From Eledone cirrhosa (taxonomy: Eukaryota): a DNA stretch of 64,000 nt. The notes under the pieces were generated by a model. The model was not told the origin of the DNA and did not search any database. It was given only the letters and a program-made list of their open reading frames with translations. Positions within the stretch are counted from its first letter, which is position 1, and each line of letters opens with the position of its first letter. Of the stretch, positions 31,030 through 44,973 are shown piece after piece. The translations under genes were made by a program, and so were the position numbers. The stretch spans positions 87,606,001 to 87,670,000 of the forward strand of contig OZ024742.1 in the NCBI GenBank assembly GCA_964016885.1, written 5' to 3'.

Positions 31030-31915
31030 AGCCAAATGCGGAAACAAAGACGGATAGCCCATTGTCACAATTCTAGCGACAGAAAGAAACGTCGGCACGT
31101 TACGTATCAAGGAAGCACGTTGGATCAAACGCCTAGGGCCACAATTAAACAACCGATTTGAGAGAAACGAAATGAGGTGGTTGCTTTAAGGAAACAAACG
31201 ATGCAGCAACACACGCACACACACACACAAGCGAGACAGCAACACACACACGCAGTAGAATTCCGCCATACGAATATACTACACTACCAATACAGAGGAA
31301 CAAGGCAACAACACACGCACACACACACACTCAAGCGAGACAACAACACACCCACACACACACACACAAGCGAGACAACAACACACGCACACACACACAC
31401 ACACAGTAACATTTACCAAACAGGCAGAGAATACTATGGACTGACAGCTAGCGACACCCCACTCCCACAATTGAAATAACTATTTCGTCCGCCGACCCCT
31501 GCTTGACCAACCCCATTTCACGCGCACGCGCCTCTGCTGAATACCTCAGATATTCAAAACAACGAATAGCTGAGGACACGTTTCGCACCTTTCCGACGGA
31601 CCCCCCGCCCCCTTCGGAAAATACCCAATTGATGGATGTGAATCCGATATATATAGGGACAATTAAATCTCTCCCAAGGTAACTCTATCTCGTGTTACTA
31701 TTTTTAGTTTTCTCCTTTACGCTCTTTCCTACATTCTTCTACACGCTACAGCCTTCTACACGCCACGCATCTCAACGTACACCCACTTACATCTCTCTCG
31801 CCACCACTGGATCTTGTTAGTCGGAGATTTACCCATCTACATTGTCAAGGCTTCCAAACGACTGAAAGAAATGTACCTTATTATTCCACAATGCTTCAAG
31901 AAAACATCAATACAC
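31030..31915 (+). mobile_element. 5'-truncated Penelope-like element: GIY-YIG C-terminus plus putative 3' UTR ending at (TA)n
   Basis: 31058-31190 translates 'PIVTILATERNVGTLRIKEARWIKRLGPQLNNRFE', like the PLE '..KIKEAL.I....P.LN' terminus; CA-rich stretch follows; the end is repeated at 18840-19116. Confidence 0.65.
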
Positions 31916-31929
31916 ACTTATATATATAT

Positions 31930-32020
<91 letters not shown>

Positions 32021-32026
<6 letters not shown>

Positions 32027-32248
32027 TATGAAGAGAGAAGAAACATTTAGATATAATTAGTAATAAAATGTATCATACCTAAACTGCTTCTAGATTCCTC
32101 GACTACGTAGTTTCGTGGCATAAACAAAAACAATACATCACGGAGGCGGAGGGGATATTTATATCGAAGAGGAATCTAGAAGCAGTTTAGGTATGATACA
32201 TTTTATTACTAATTATATCTAAATGTTTCTTCTCCCTTCATAATGTAT
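32021..32248. repeat. Near-perfect 80-bp inverted repeat (32021-32100 / 32169-32248) around a hammerhead-like spacer
   Basis: Arms differ by about 1 base; minus-strand spacer CCUC-CGUGAUG...CAC-GAAAC-UACGUA-GUC-GAGG. Confidence 0.9.
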
Positions 32249-32410
32249 TTTTAACTCTGATACTGGTTCAGTCTAGTTCAACCGGATTGGTCTGTCCAAG
32301 TCATTCATTGAGCAACATCGGTGAAGTTGGCACCCTTAACTCACGGTTGGGCGCGGATGCATTCGTGTATATGTGTGTGTCCGCGTGTATCTGTGTGTTT
32401 CTAAATATAT

Positions 32411-32482
<72 letters not shown>

Positions 32483-32483
32483 C

Positions 32484-32484
<1 letters not shown>

Positions 32485-32567
<83 letters not shown>
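32485..32567. repeat. (TAA)n microsatellite upstream of the R4/Dong array
   Basis: Pure AAT repeat. Confidence 0.95.
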
Positions 32568-32569
<2 letters not shown>

Positions 32570-34448
32570 TTTCAAAATATCTCCCGTTGTCAGGAGGTTT
32601 TTGTCATTCAGTATGAAGACATGGAAAACGACACTCCTTTTGAATAGTGAAACAAAATCACTGGAAGCGTGAGAAGTTAATATTAATTGTGGAATTTTTC
32701 AGGGTGACTCTTTATCACAGCTTTTATTCTGCATCGCACTTATACCATTAAGTAAAATGCTCAATGAAACAAAACATGGATATAAAATCTATGACAAAAC
32801 CATTAATCACTTGTTCTACACGGACGACCTGAAACTATTTGCAAAAAATGATGAGCAATTACAAGGGCTATTATCCACTGTCGAGCAATTCAGTGATGAC
32901 ATTAAAATGGAGTTTGGACTAGATAAATGCGCCAAAGCTACGTTCACCAGAGGAAATCTGCTGAAAAGTTCAGACATTAATATTGATCGAGGGAATGTGA
33001 TAAGAGAACGTGATCAAGAGGAAACTTACAAATATCTAAGTGTTTGTGAAGGAGACGGAATCAAGCACTCGATAATGAGGGAAAGGATAAGGAATGAATG
33101 TTACCGCAGAGTAAGAGTAATCTTAAGAACGGAATTGAATGCAAGGAATAGGATCGATGCCATAAACACGCTTGACATACCAGTAGTAACATACAGTTAC
33201 AATGTCATCAACTGGTCAAGCACAGAGATCCGTAGGCTCGATACAAAAATTCGAAAATTCTTAACCATGCCCAGAATGCATCACCCTGAGGCAGATACAG
33301 ATATAATATATCTCCCTAGGAAAGAAGGAGGACGTGGGTTAGTCCAGTTAGACATTCCGTTGAAAACTGCAACAATTAGATTATCTACATGTCTAAGGGA
33401 ATCACATGATTGGATGATCAAACTCGTTTTGAAACACGAAAGCATCAACAGATCATACTCCATTACAAAAGATGCACAAAGATAGAGTAATGGACTACAC
33501 ATTTCAGAAGTCCAATTTACTGCTGAAATGGAAAACACAGAAATAGCAAAGCAGGTAAAAGTAACTAAAAAGAAAGAACTGCTACAGAAAATGGCTAAGA
33601 AATGGCAAGAAAAGCCTCTGTATGGAAAATATCTAGAACGAACTAACAATCCTGATGTTGACAAAACTTTAACCCATCAGTGGTCGACATCCTCTGGACT
33701 GAAATCGGGGACTGAAGGACTGATTATATCAGCACAAGATCAGTGTCTGCCAACAAAAAATTACCAAGCCAACATAATAAAAAATGGATGCTGCCCACTA
33801 TGCCGTGTATGTAAAAATCAACCAGAGACCATTGACCATATAATTTCAATGTGCAGTCCTATAGCTCCAACCGAATACCTAAACAGGCATGACGGAGCTG
33901 CACAATATATACATTGGATAATGTGTAAGCATTTTGACCTGCCCCATCAAAAGAATTGGTGGGAGCATAAACCCCCTCCCATACTTGAAAAAGATCACAT
34001 CTCAATCTTGTGGAACTTTAACATCCAAACAGACGGACAAATAGATGCAAATAGACCTGATATAATATTGAAGGACTTTAAAAAGAGAGTATGCCTGCTA
34101 ATCGATATGTCCGTTCCAATAGACAAGAATGTATCTATAAAAACATTTGAAAAATTGAGCAATGGCTGTAGGCGCTCTAGGAATGATATCTAAGGGGCCT
34201 AATGATTACTTATCGCAAATCCCAGGAAACCCGCGTATAGGAGAAATACAAAATATAGTACTAATGGGAACTGCCCATAATCTAAGGAAGATTCTGTCAA
34301 TAAAAGTACATCATAAGTCTAAACACTAAAGATGCATGTGTGAGTATGTATGTTCTTTATTGAACATGGCGGACCTTGTTGTCTCTTGATGTCACTGGTT
34401 GTGAATTGTTGATAACTCGTATGAACATAAAGCAAGATAAATGCAGCT

Positions 34449-34450
<2 letters not shown>
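32568..34450 (+). mobile_element. R4/Dong-like non-LTR retrotransposon (RT + CCHC + RLE), copy 1, 5'-truncated
   Basis: GIFQGDSLS, HLFYTDDLKL, FGLDKC, YKYL; CCHC knuckle CRVC...ETIDHIISMC, RHD, RPDIIL, LIDMSVP; 3' UTR followed by (AAT)n at 34451-34501; several stops and a ~60-bp deletion in the RLE relative to copy 3. Confidence 0.92.
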
Positions 34451-34501
<51 letters not shown>

Positions 34502-34502
<1 letters not shown>

Positions 34503-36086
34503 GACACAAAAATCTATCGATTGCTTGGATAGATTATAAAAAAGCATTTGATAGTTTGCCACACAGTTGGATTGAAAAATGTTTAGAGATTTTCAAAATA
34601 TCCCCCGTTGTCAGGAGGTTTTTGTCATTCAGTATGAGGACATGGAGAACGACACTCCTTTTGAATAGTGAAACAAAATCACTGGAAGCTGGAGAAGTTA
34701 ACATTAATTGTGGAATGTTTCAGGGTGACTCTTTATCACCGCTTTTATTCTGCATCGCACTTATACCATTAAGTAAAATGCTCAATGAAACAAAACATGG
34801 ATATAGAGTCTATGACAAAACCATTAATCACCTGTTCTACATGGATGACCTGAAACTATTCGCAAAAAATGATGAACAATTGCAAGGGCTATTATCCACT
34901 GTGAAGCAGTTCAGTGATGACATTAAAATGGAGTTTGGACTGGATAAATGCGCCAAAGCAACGTTCACCAGAGGAAAGCTGCTGAAGAGTTCAGACATTA
35001 ATCTTGATCGGGGGAATGTGATAAGAGAACTTGATCAAGAGGAAACTTACACGTATCTAGGTGTTTGTGAAGGAGACGGAATGAAGCACTCGACAATGAG
35101 GGAAAGGATAAGGAAGGAATGTTACCGCAGAGTAAGAGCAATCTTAAGAACGGAATTGAATGCAAGGAATAGGATCGATGCCATAAACACGCTTGCCATA
35201 CCAGTGGTAAGCTACAGTTACAATGTCATCAACTGGTCAAGCACAGAGATCCGTAGGCTCGATACATAAATTGGAAAATTATTAACCATGCACAGAATGC
35301 ATCACCCAAACGCAGATACAGATACAATATATCTGCCTAGGAAAGAAGGAGAACGTGGGTTGATCCAGTTAGACATTGCGTTGAAAACTGCAACAATTGG
35401 ATTATCGACATATCTAAGGGAATCACATGATTGGATGATCAAACTCGTTTTGAAACACGAAAGCATCAAACGATCATACTCCATTACAAAATATGCACAA
35501 AGATAGAGTAATGTACTACACATTGCAGAAGTCCCATTTACTGCTGAAATGAAAAACAGAAAAAGCAAAGCAGGTAAAAGTAACTGCAAAGAAAGAACTG
35601 TTACAGAAACTGGCTAAGAAATGGCAAGAAAAGCCACTGTATGGAAAATACACAGAACGAGCTAACAATCCTGATGTTGACAAAACTTTAACCCGTCAGT
35701 GGTTGGCATCCTCTGGACTGAAATAGGAGACTGACGGACTGATTATATCAGCACAATATCAGTGTCTGCCAACAAAGAATTACCAAGCCAACATAAAACA
35801 AATGGATGAAGCCCATTATGCCGTGTATGTAAAAAACAACCAGAGACCATTGCCCATATAATTTCAATGTGCAGTCCTATAGCTCCAGCCGAATACCTAA
35901 AAAGGCATGACAGAGCTGCACAATACATACATTGGATAATGTGTAAGCATTTTGACCTGCCCTATCAAAAGAATTGGAGGGAGCATCAACCACCTCCCAT
36001 ACTTGAAAACGATCACATCGCAATATTGTGGAACTTTAGCATCCAAACAGACCGAACAATAGATGCAAATAGACCTGACAATATTT
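34502..36086 (+). mobile_element. R4/Dong-like element, copy 2 (5'- and 3'-truncated)
   Basis: IAWIDYKKAFDSLPHSW, GMFQGDSLSPLLF, HLFYMDDLKL, CCHC, RHD; breaks off at RPDNI; closely similar to copy 1. Confidence 0.92.
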
Positions 36087-36865
36087 GATTGATATCCTAA
36101 ACTTAGTGGTAGATGAAATGAACAATGATAGTGGGAAACCTATGAACCTAAGATTTGTAGATAGGAAAAAGTTAAAAGAAACAACAGCTAAGGTAAACAA
36201 AGTCATCCCATACCTTGAGCCGAGGGACCTTCACCAGTGCAACAATATCCTCAAAGCAACAGCAAATGCGGTGAGGAAATTACTTGGCATAAAATCGAGA
36301 GGAAACAACAAAGAAGATAGATCAGAGCCTTGGTGGAAGAAACGACTGACTGGTCAAATCAGGGAAATGGGAAATGACATTGGAAAACTTGAGTCCCTAC
36401 AGAATGGGAAACTACAAAACATAGACACTAAAAATAGACTGGAAATAAAGTACACAACTAGGAGGAAAAAGCTAAATATCATCATAGAGGAACTGAAGCA
36501 ACGCATTGTAGCAAAGATTAGACGATATGAGAGCTGAGTCAGTCAGTATAGGCAGAACCGCATGTTTGACAACCAGAAGATGTTGTTTGGACAGCTTGTT
36601 TGGAAAGAAAGAGGCAACGACTTGATACCTGAGGCGGAACAGACTAAAGCATTCTGGAGAGGAGTATAGGAGAAGGATCTTAAACATAATGATCAGGCAG
36701 TGTGGATTGAGATAGTACAAAAGGAGATTAGTGAAAAGCACACCAACAAACTGATTTGAGTATCACAGTTGAAACTCTTAAGAGGCGGGCCAAAAAAGTA
36801 ACCAACTGGAAATCACCAAGCCTGGATGGTCTGCAGCGGTATTGGATTAACAAAATAACATCCCT
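36087..36865 (+). mobile_element. N-terminal (pre-RT) segment of a different R4/Dong-like family
   Basis: 'EPWWKKRL...ELKQRIVAKIRRYE..QYRQNRMF...AFW...NWKSPSLDGLQRYWINKITSL'; the same domain as 36870-37500 but highly diverged from it. Confidence 0.75.
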
Positions 36866-39764
36866 CCAGCTGAAACAAAGCAAAAGGATAATACACAAGA
36901 CTAACATAGCTCTCAAAAACATTATCCTCACAAATAAACTAAACATTACTGATCTAAATAATTTCTATTATGCATCGGCTAAAGTTACCACTCACTTATG
37001 TGGAGTGAAAATGAAAAAAACAAAGGAATTCCCTCAAAAACATACTTGGCAAGAACCATCAATCGCCAAATAAACCTTCTCCGATCTGACATTGACATTT
37101 TAGCAAACTACAAGATAGGTGAACATGTTAAACAAACTAAACTTATAAAACTGAAAAGAAAATACGATATAAAATCAACAAGTGACATAGACATGCTGAT
37201 AGAAACAATCAAGCAAAATGTGTCGGCCAAAGCTGCTCGTATAAGGCGCTTTTAAAAACGGTCTAGACACTAGAATGACAAGAATTCTGGGAAAAGAACT
37301 GGGCCGAAGAAAAGGTTTATAATATACAGGCCCCCATGGATAGACAGACAGATGAAAGATAGAGCTCACCTTGAGGAACAAACATGGGAAAATAAAACAG
37401 TTGAACATCTGCGTTTAGCTCTTAGAAAATCCAGCAAGTGGAAATCCCCAAGGAATGACAACATACCAAATGTTTGGATAAATGCCTTCACAGAGTCTCA
37501 TGAGCTGTTAGCCCAAATGTTCAATGAAATGATTATGGAGCCAGAAAAGTGACCTACATGGCTAGTTACTAGCATAATTCCTACTTCCGAAGAAAGATGA
37601 GACAAACAATCCCAAAAATTACAGACCGAGGTCTTTCTTGACCACAATGATTAACATTTTAACATCAGTTCTAACTGATTATTCATATGATCACCTGATA
37701 AAAAATTATCTATATCACAATGAGCAGAACTGGTGTAAACGAGGCTCATATGGCTGTAAGGATCAGCTTCTGGTTAACAAAGTGATATTGGAAGATTGTC
37801 ATAATAGTCAAAAAAACCTATCAATTGCTTGGATAGATTACAAAAAAGCATTCGATAGTTTGCCACACAGTTGGATTGGAAAGTGTTTAGATATTTCCAA
37901 AATATCTCCCGTTGTCAGGAGGTTCTGCCATTCAGTATGAAGACATCGAAAACGACACTCCTTTTGAATAGTGAAAAGACTCACTGGAAGATGGTGAAGT
38001 TAATATTAATTGTGGTATCTTTCAGGGTGACTCTTTATCACCGCTTTTATTCTGCATCGCAATTATGCCATTAAGTAAAATGCTCAATGAAACAAAATAT
38101 AGATGTAAAGTCTATGGTAAAACCAATCATCACTTGTTCTACCTGGATGACCTGAAACTATTTGAAAAAAGTGATGAGCATTGCAAGGGCTATAATCTAC
38201 TGTGAAGCAGTTCAGTGATATTAAAATGGAGTTTGGACTAGATACATGCGCCAAAGCAACGTTCACCAGAGGAAAGCTGCTGAGAAGTTCAGACATTAAT
38301 CTTGATCGTGGGAATGTGATAAGAAAACTTGATGAAGGGGAAACTTACAAATATCTAGGCGTTTGTGAAGGACACGGAATCAACCACTCGACATTGAGGG
38401 AAAGGATAAGGAAGGAAAGTTACCGCAGAGTAAGAGCAATCTTAAGAACGGAATTGAATGCAAGCACTTGCCATACAAGTAGTAACCTATAGTTTCAATG
38501 TCATCAACTGGTCAAGCACATAGGTCAGTAGGCTCGATTCAAAAATTAGAACATTCTTAACCATGCACAGCATGCATCATCCTAAGACAGATACATATAG
38601 AATATATCTCCCTAGGAAAGAGGGAGGAGGTGGATTAATCCAGTTAAATATTGATTTGAAAATTGCAACAATTGGATTATTTACATATCTAAGGGAATCA
38701 CATGATGTGATGATCATACATGTTTTGAAACATGAAAGTATCAAACGATCATACTCCATTAGAAAAGATGCACAAAAATACAGTAATGAAATACAAATTT
38801 CAGAAGATCCATTTACTGCTGAAATGAAAATCACGGAAATAACAAAGCAGTAAAGAGTAACTGCAAATAAATAACCGCTACAGAAACTGGCTAAGAAATG
38901 GCCAAGAAACCCTCTGTATGGAAAATACCCACAAAGATCTAACAATCCTGATGTTGACAAACATTTAACCCATCAGTGATTGGCATCCTCTGGACTGAAA
39001 CCGGAGACTGAAGGATTGATTATATCAGCACAAGATCAGTGTCTGCAAACACAAATTATTAAGCCAACATAATAAAGAATAGATGCAAAACATTATACCG
39101 TGTATATAAAAAAAACAACCATAGACCATTGATCATATTATTTCAATGTGCACTCTTATAGCTCCAACCGAGTACCTAAACAGGCACGACATTGGTGTAC
39201 ACAACATACACATGATAATGTGTAAGAATTGGTGGGAGCATCAACCACCTCCCGTACTTGAAAAAGATCACATCTCAATCGTATGGAACTTTAGATTCCA
39301 AACAGACCGAAAAATAGATGCAAACAGACCTTTAAAAAGAGGGTAAGACTGTTAATTGATATGTCCGTTCCAATAGATAAGAATGTATCTATAAAAAACA
39401 TTTCAAAAATTGAGCAAATATAAAGACCTGGAGATATAACTTGGAAAAATGTGGAAGTTGAGAACTAAAAGAATACTAGTGGTTGTGGGCACTCTAGGAA
39501 TGATACCTAAGGGGTCTAATGATTACTTATCCCAAATCCCAGGACACACGCGTATAGAAGCAATTCAAAAGATAGTACTAATGGGAACTGCCCATATTCT
39601 AAGGAAGATTCTGTCAATATAAGTACATCACAAGTCTAAACAGCTAAATATGCATGTGTGTGTATGTATGTACTTTCCGGAACATGTCAGCCCTTGTTGT
39701 CTCTTGAGCTCTCTGATCGTGACTTGGTGATAACTCGTATGAACATAAAGCAAGATAGATGCAA
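36866..39764 (+). mobile_element. R4/Dong-like element, copy 3 (longest and most decayed), with complete 3' end
   Basis: KWKSPRND, LLPKKDETNNPKNYRP, GCKDQLLVNK, WIDYKKAFDS, YLDDLKL, RHD, KYKDLEI, GTAHILRKILS; same 3' UTR as copy 1, then (AAT)n at ~39765-39794. Confidence 0.92.
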
Positions 39765-40019
39765 ATAACAATAATAATAATAATAATAATAATAAGTTGA
39801 CGGGACTACCATAAGTTTCACTGCTTCTACAGTTTGCATTTTAGCGTACTTAATAGGTAAGGTTCTTTAAAAATTCCAGAGTAGATCGAAATGTATTTTT
39901 CTTCTATATAAAAAACGGGAATGGGTACCCTATGTCATTACAAGTACTCGAGTTTCGGCCCCACTTAATGCATCAAGAGAGTGCACAGCATCCACTGCGT
40001 GAATTTTCTTTATATATAT

Positions 40020-41140
40020 ATAGCCATTACTTGTAGCGATAATGTCTAGGAAGTGGTCTTTACTTCTGTTTGACTCTATGGTAATATTTAGGCCTTGACT
40101 ACGGAGGAATGTATGTAAGATTTTCCGGAACCAATCGGTGGCTCTAGGTATCAATCTGTGCATTGTAAAGGCATCGTCCTCTGCAAAGATACCGGTCAAG
40201 TGTTGTTTTAGTTTATGTAGTATGTACATGCCCAGAATGTCGCTTATTTCCGCTGCATCACACGCACATATGCTCTCGTAGAAGGCTTGTCCGATATGTT
40301 GTTAATCCAAAGAGAGCCTTCGTGATAAATGAATATTTACAAGCATGGAGGTTCACTTCGCAATCCCCATTAAAGTTCTTAGCAAGTGCCATGGCGTAGT
40401 CTAGTGCATCCTTTAGGAGGAACTCTCAAATACTGGCGTAATAGTCCACTATCTCAAGCTGGAGGAAGCGTGTGGTGCTCTTTTCTGGTAAATCCTGGAA
40501 CCAAGCTATAACCTCATATGTGTTGCTTCAGAGAAGGAGTGTTGAGGCTTCACGGCGTAGTGGAGTAATCTCGTCGATGATCGTTATACTGATAAATCCT
40601 ATTTTGGAAAGAATGGCATTAATTAGCCGGAGAGGCGGTTTACGGTGAAAGTTGGATGTGTGGTAAGGGGTGGCGATTTCACCCATAACATTTCAGTCCT
40701 ATCATGGACTTGCAGTGTTTCGGCGAACACTTCCCGTTTGGGTTTATTCCATTTAGGGTCCCGTCATCTATCTTCTTGCAAGAGTTGGTAATGCCGTTTA
40801 AGTTGGGATGTCCAGCTCGCACAGACTCTTCATTTTTGTCAGAATGGACATGGTAATTTGGGAAATGTTTCATAATATGAATTCAGGTTCCATAAGTAAG
40901 CCTGGAAATATATATTGTGTCTCAGAAAAGTAATGCTTTTAATTATCCGGAAGAGGTATTCGGTGAATGGTCCAAATAGTATGTTAGTAGGCGGTTCTTT
41001 TTGGGGTTTAAAATCGAAATTAACATAGTTGGTAGAGGCTAAATCAGTGTCGTCGATGAAAAAGTCTCCTCGTCGAATGTTCTTAAAATCATGTCGAGTT
41101 TCGTCAAAATTGTCTAGACAAACGTCAACACCATTCAAAA
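40020..41140 (-). mobile_element. Penelope-like retroelement RT fragment
   Basis: Minus strand: 'NFDFKPQKEPP...FTEYLFRIIKSITF', 'HPNFHRKPPLRLIN', 'NTYEVIAWFQDLPEKSTTRFLQLEIVDYYASI', 'DAAEISDILGMYILHKL...EDDAF', 'GLNITIESNRSKDHFLDI'. Confidence 0.8.
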
Positions 41141-41704
41141 TTCAGTAAACGATTTGCCTGGAATGTTAACTGCTTAAAAGAAAAGCAATCATGCACATAC
41201 GCATACGTATATGTACATATATATATACATACGTATATATACATAACCACAATCGAGATATTCAGCTCAATATATTTGCAAATGAGCATTTTCTGATAAG
41301 AGTTATGTTATGTAACATGCTATACCAATTATGGAAAACATTTTATTCGATACTAAATTTTAATTATTATTATCAATAAAATATATTATGCATATACAAA
41401 TCTATAAAAGATTTGAATTTATATTTCGTATTTGTTTCTGTAAAATTAAACATACGTTAACTACACATATTCAATGCAGCCTAATTTGTTCTAAGTGAGC
41501 TGTGGATTGTTGGGATTATTGGAAACCGATTTGCTAAAAGGTTCTGTGATATTGCTGATTTAGATACACCCGGTATCAATTTATTTTTCACCCTATCTGA
41601 TTTTTGGCAATCGAATTCAGATACCGCCACAATGCTGGTCAATAGCTGATAACATACGCACTGATTAAACACATAATTACCTGTCTATATATAGGTGTCA
41701 ATAA

Positions 41705-41835
41705 GGCGGCGATTTGGCAGAGTCGTTAGAACGTCGGATAGAACATTTGACGTATTCCTTTCGGCGCTCTACACTCAGATTTCAAATCCCACCGAGATCA
41801 TTTTTGCTTTTCCTCCATTCAGGTTGATAAAAAAG
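41705..41835 (+). mobile_element. Diverged tRNA-SINE related to family A
   Basis: GGCGGCGATTTGGCAGAGTCGTTAGA...GATTTCAAATCCCACCGAG...TTTGCTTTTCCTCCATTCAGGTTGATAAAA. Confidence 0.75.
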
Positions 41836-41966
41836 GATTGGGCTTCGCTAGTTTTTAAAATGCCTTTGAAACGCCGTATTACTCCTCCTGGTTTTACGAG
41901 ACCTAGCATATATGCATATAGATGAATGGAAAATGGAAGTATCGTAAAACATGTGTGTGAATGTGC

Positions 41967-42004
<38 letters not shown>

Positions 42005-42799
42005 TAAATTCTATATCAGCAAAATGTGTATTATGAGGTGAAAATAAATCTGAATACAACTGCATCTGCATACATACCTTTGGGTGTGTGCATGGGTGCG
42101 TGCATGTGAATGTTTATGCAATTAAGATTCTAGTATAAAGAGATTTTCTCCTTGACCTGTATAGATGTCAGGTGTTTATTCTCAGATACACCATTCAGAA
42201 GATATTCTGACACATTGTAATCAAAGGTAGAATATAACACACAAACCTGCTCTTGCATTTACGATGGCCATTGTAGGAATCTAAGCTCATAGCAGATCTT
42301 TTTATCTCTAAACATCTATCTATGTTTATTTCATTTGCTTCCATCACACTTGAAATTTACACATTTGTGAGAGATTGTGCCTACTAATGTACTGATAAAT
42401 ACATAAGTATAACAATTTCCTATTGTAAGGAAACAGCACATATTGTTGATAGAACTCACATAGCTGTCTGGGACGTGGTTTCAATTATAAAATATATTAA
42501 ATTATAGATGAGATTTATAAACTAGTTAATAATGCATATATATCTAAACGCATAAATGTACATACAGGCGCATATGCTATATCGTGTTCATCCTTCTTCT
42601 CTCATCATCAGTATCATCAACATCATCATCATCATCAATAGTCTTATTATTAGTATCCGTCCCCCCCTCCTCCTCTCCCCCATCTTCTTCTTCTTCTTCT
42701 TCTTCTTCTTCATCATCATCTTTTTTCTACATCTGTTTCTACCTTCTATTATGTAAGTACTGTGGAGGAGCACACGCCAGATACCCATCATCAGATGCA

Positions 42800-43900
42800 A
42801 CCCATTCTAAATGACCCAGCTTGATCTCAAAGGTTGACGAAGGTAGCTGATGGAATGAATCCATCCATCTTTCTTCAACTCAAAATCCGTGTTCTCTGCT
42901 CATAAAAATTGTATTGCAATTCATTTCTTGCAATTACTAATCCCATGTCTATAATATAGGAGATGATATCTGGTTCAAAGAAGTAACGGATTAACCTGCA
43001 CCAAAAGCCAGAGCTCCGTGTCAGGCATCCTATCGGGTAAACCTATTGCAAATACCCTTTGGAGAAACACCGTTTTAGCCGCTTGCAGTTGTATTACTTC
43101 TTTTATTACCCAACATATTTGACAATATAAAATGTGCGTACATACACCGAATTAAAGATAGCGAATATGGCTTTTAGACCTACTACCTTCAACATGTTGA
43201 GCGAGGACGAGGCAACTCGGCTCACAAAATACGAGTTCAAAATATCTTGCCTAAGGGTTTAAACCTCTCAGACAGTGTATGATCCTCTACATAATACTTC
43301 CCTGATTTGTGCACTTTAATTGCAAAGCTACTGACGCATTATTCCTGCTACAAAGATGCATTGCATATACGTCAAGTGTTACTGCTAACGGATGTAGGAG
43401 ATTAATATTTTCCCCCCATCTCTTCAGAGAGATTGACACCAGATAAACATTAGAATAAATATCCTAACTTAATAACATCCCCGCAGCGTTATATGCATAT
43501 ATGAGAGAGCTCTTCATCATAATGTGTGACGTCAATCATTATGTTCGCAATTATGACCTGACATTGGTAGTATTCATTGGAAGGAACGGCGGTCCTGACC
43601 TAAATGTGAACGGAAATGCGTTATTAGTCTTCTGTCCTCGTAGTGTACTCTGTATTAAGGACACCTCATTCCCGGTACAAAGACACCTATAATTATGCAT
43701 AGCATAACATATATCGGGAAATAAATCAATGATTGATTCGTTGTTATCCCTGCTCACCTCTATCCTGTGCTGTATGATTGTATTACGAGAAGGGCTTGGC
43801 TCTCAACTGATCACATCTAACGATCTACAATCTGAGAATTAATGTAAGGAAATCTCACACAACTAGCAGATGTACCTCGACTCACATGAGAAGATGGGGA
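42800..43900 (-). mobile_element. Degenerate RTE-like LINE 3' fragment
   Basis: Minus translation near 43050-43180 'KAIFAIFNSVYVRTF...' resembles RTE 'AKL.IY.S.YVP.L.YG'; boundaries uncertain. Confidence 0.35.
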
Positions 43901-44224
43901 GAGTTGTCTCATTAGGAATTCAGGATAAGTTATTCAGTTATGGTTGCAGCCAAATTCCGAGTATGCCATGAACAAAATGAAGAGGCTAAAACGAAGGGGA
44001 GACTGTTCACATCAGCAGGATCTGCTTAAGATCTTATATGTTGTGGGCGATAGCAGATCGGTATTGCGTCGGGTGATAGGATACCACACTTGTTACATCA
44101 AAGAGTAAACTATGTCTTTCGAGCATAGAAGAAACAGTTATAAAACTTTACAAAGTAATAGGTCTTCATTCTTGCATCTGTGAAACAAGCAGGTGTTAAC
44201 AGTCAGAGGAGAGATAATAAGGAT

Positions 44225-44517
<293 letters not shown>

Positions 44518-44795
44518 GATATATTTGGATTATTTTTACAAGAACCATGCTTGATAATTTTCTACCATATTTCCAGTTTCCATAATTTATTGAAACTTTT
44601 CACCTTCACCTTCATGAAATGAAATAAGACTATTTTTACAACGTATTTCACAACAGCTAATTTCCTTTCTCTAGATTCACCTTCTTTTCGAAATTTCATT
44701 TTATTCAAAAGCACATTATTTACCAGCATCACGCTAGTAGTTCATCTTGTGACATAATCTATTTCTTAAAAGGTTGTATTAATTTATTGTGCAGT

Positions 44796-44973
44796 GGATT
44801 GGCAGTATCGGTAGAGGGTCGGACGCCATGCTTTCCAGCATAGTTACGTCCCTTTATGATCTGAGTTCAAATCCCGCCGAGGTTGACTTTGCCTTTCATC
44901 CTTACGGGGTCGATAAAATAAAGTACCAGTAATGCACTGGATAATTGCTGGCCTTGTGCCTAAAGTAGAAACA
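44796..44973 (+). mobile_element. tRNA-derived SINE (family A)
   Basis: A/B boxes and core; 18-bp TSD ATTAATTTATTGTGCAGT at 44778-44795 and 44974-44991. Confidence 0.95.

Noticed and set aside
34376-35269. 297-aa ORF with a poly-Asn tract fused to RT
   Set aside because: Chance read-through from copy 1's 3' UTR across the (AAT)n tract into truncated copy 2; not a real protein N-terminus
32568-39764. Prokaryotic RT system (retron, group II intron, DGR) or an intact active element
   Set aside because: Motifs (CCHC, RHD, PD..D RLE, TAA tail) and context are eukaryotic non-LTR; every copy has stops or frameshifts
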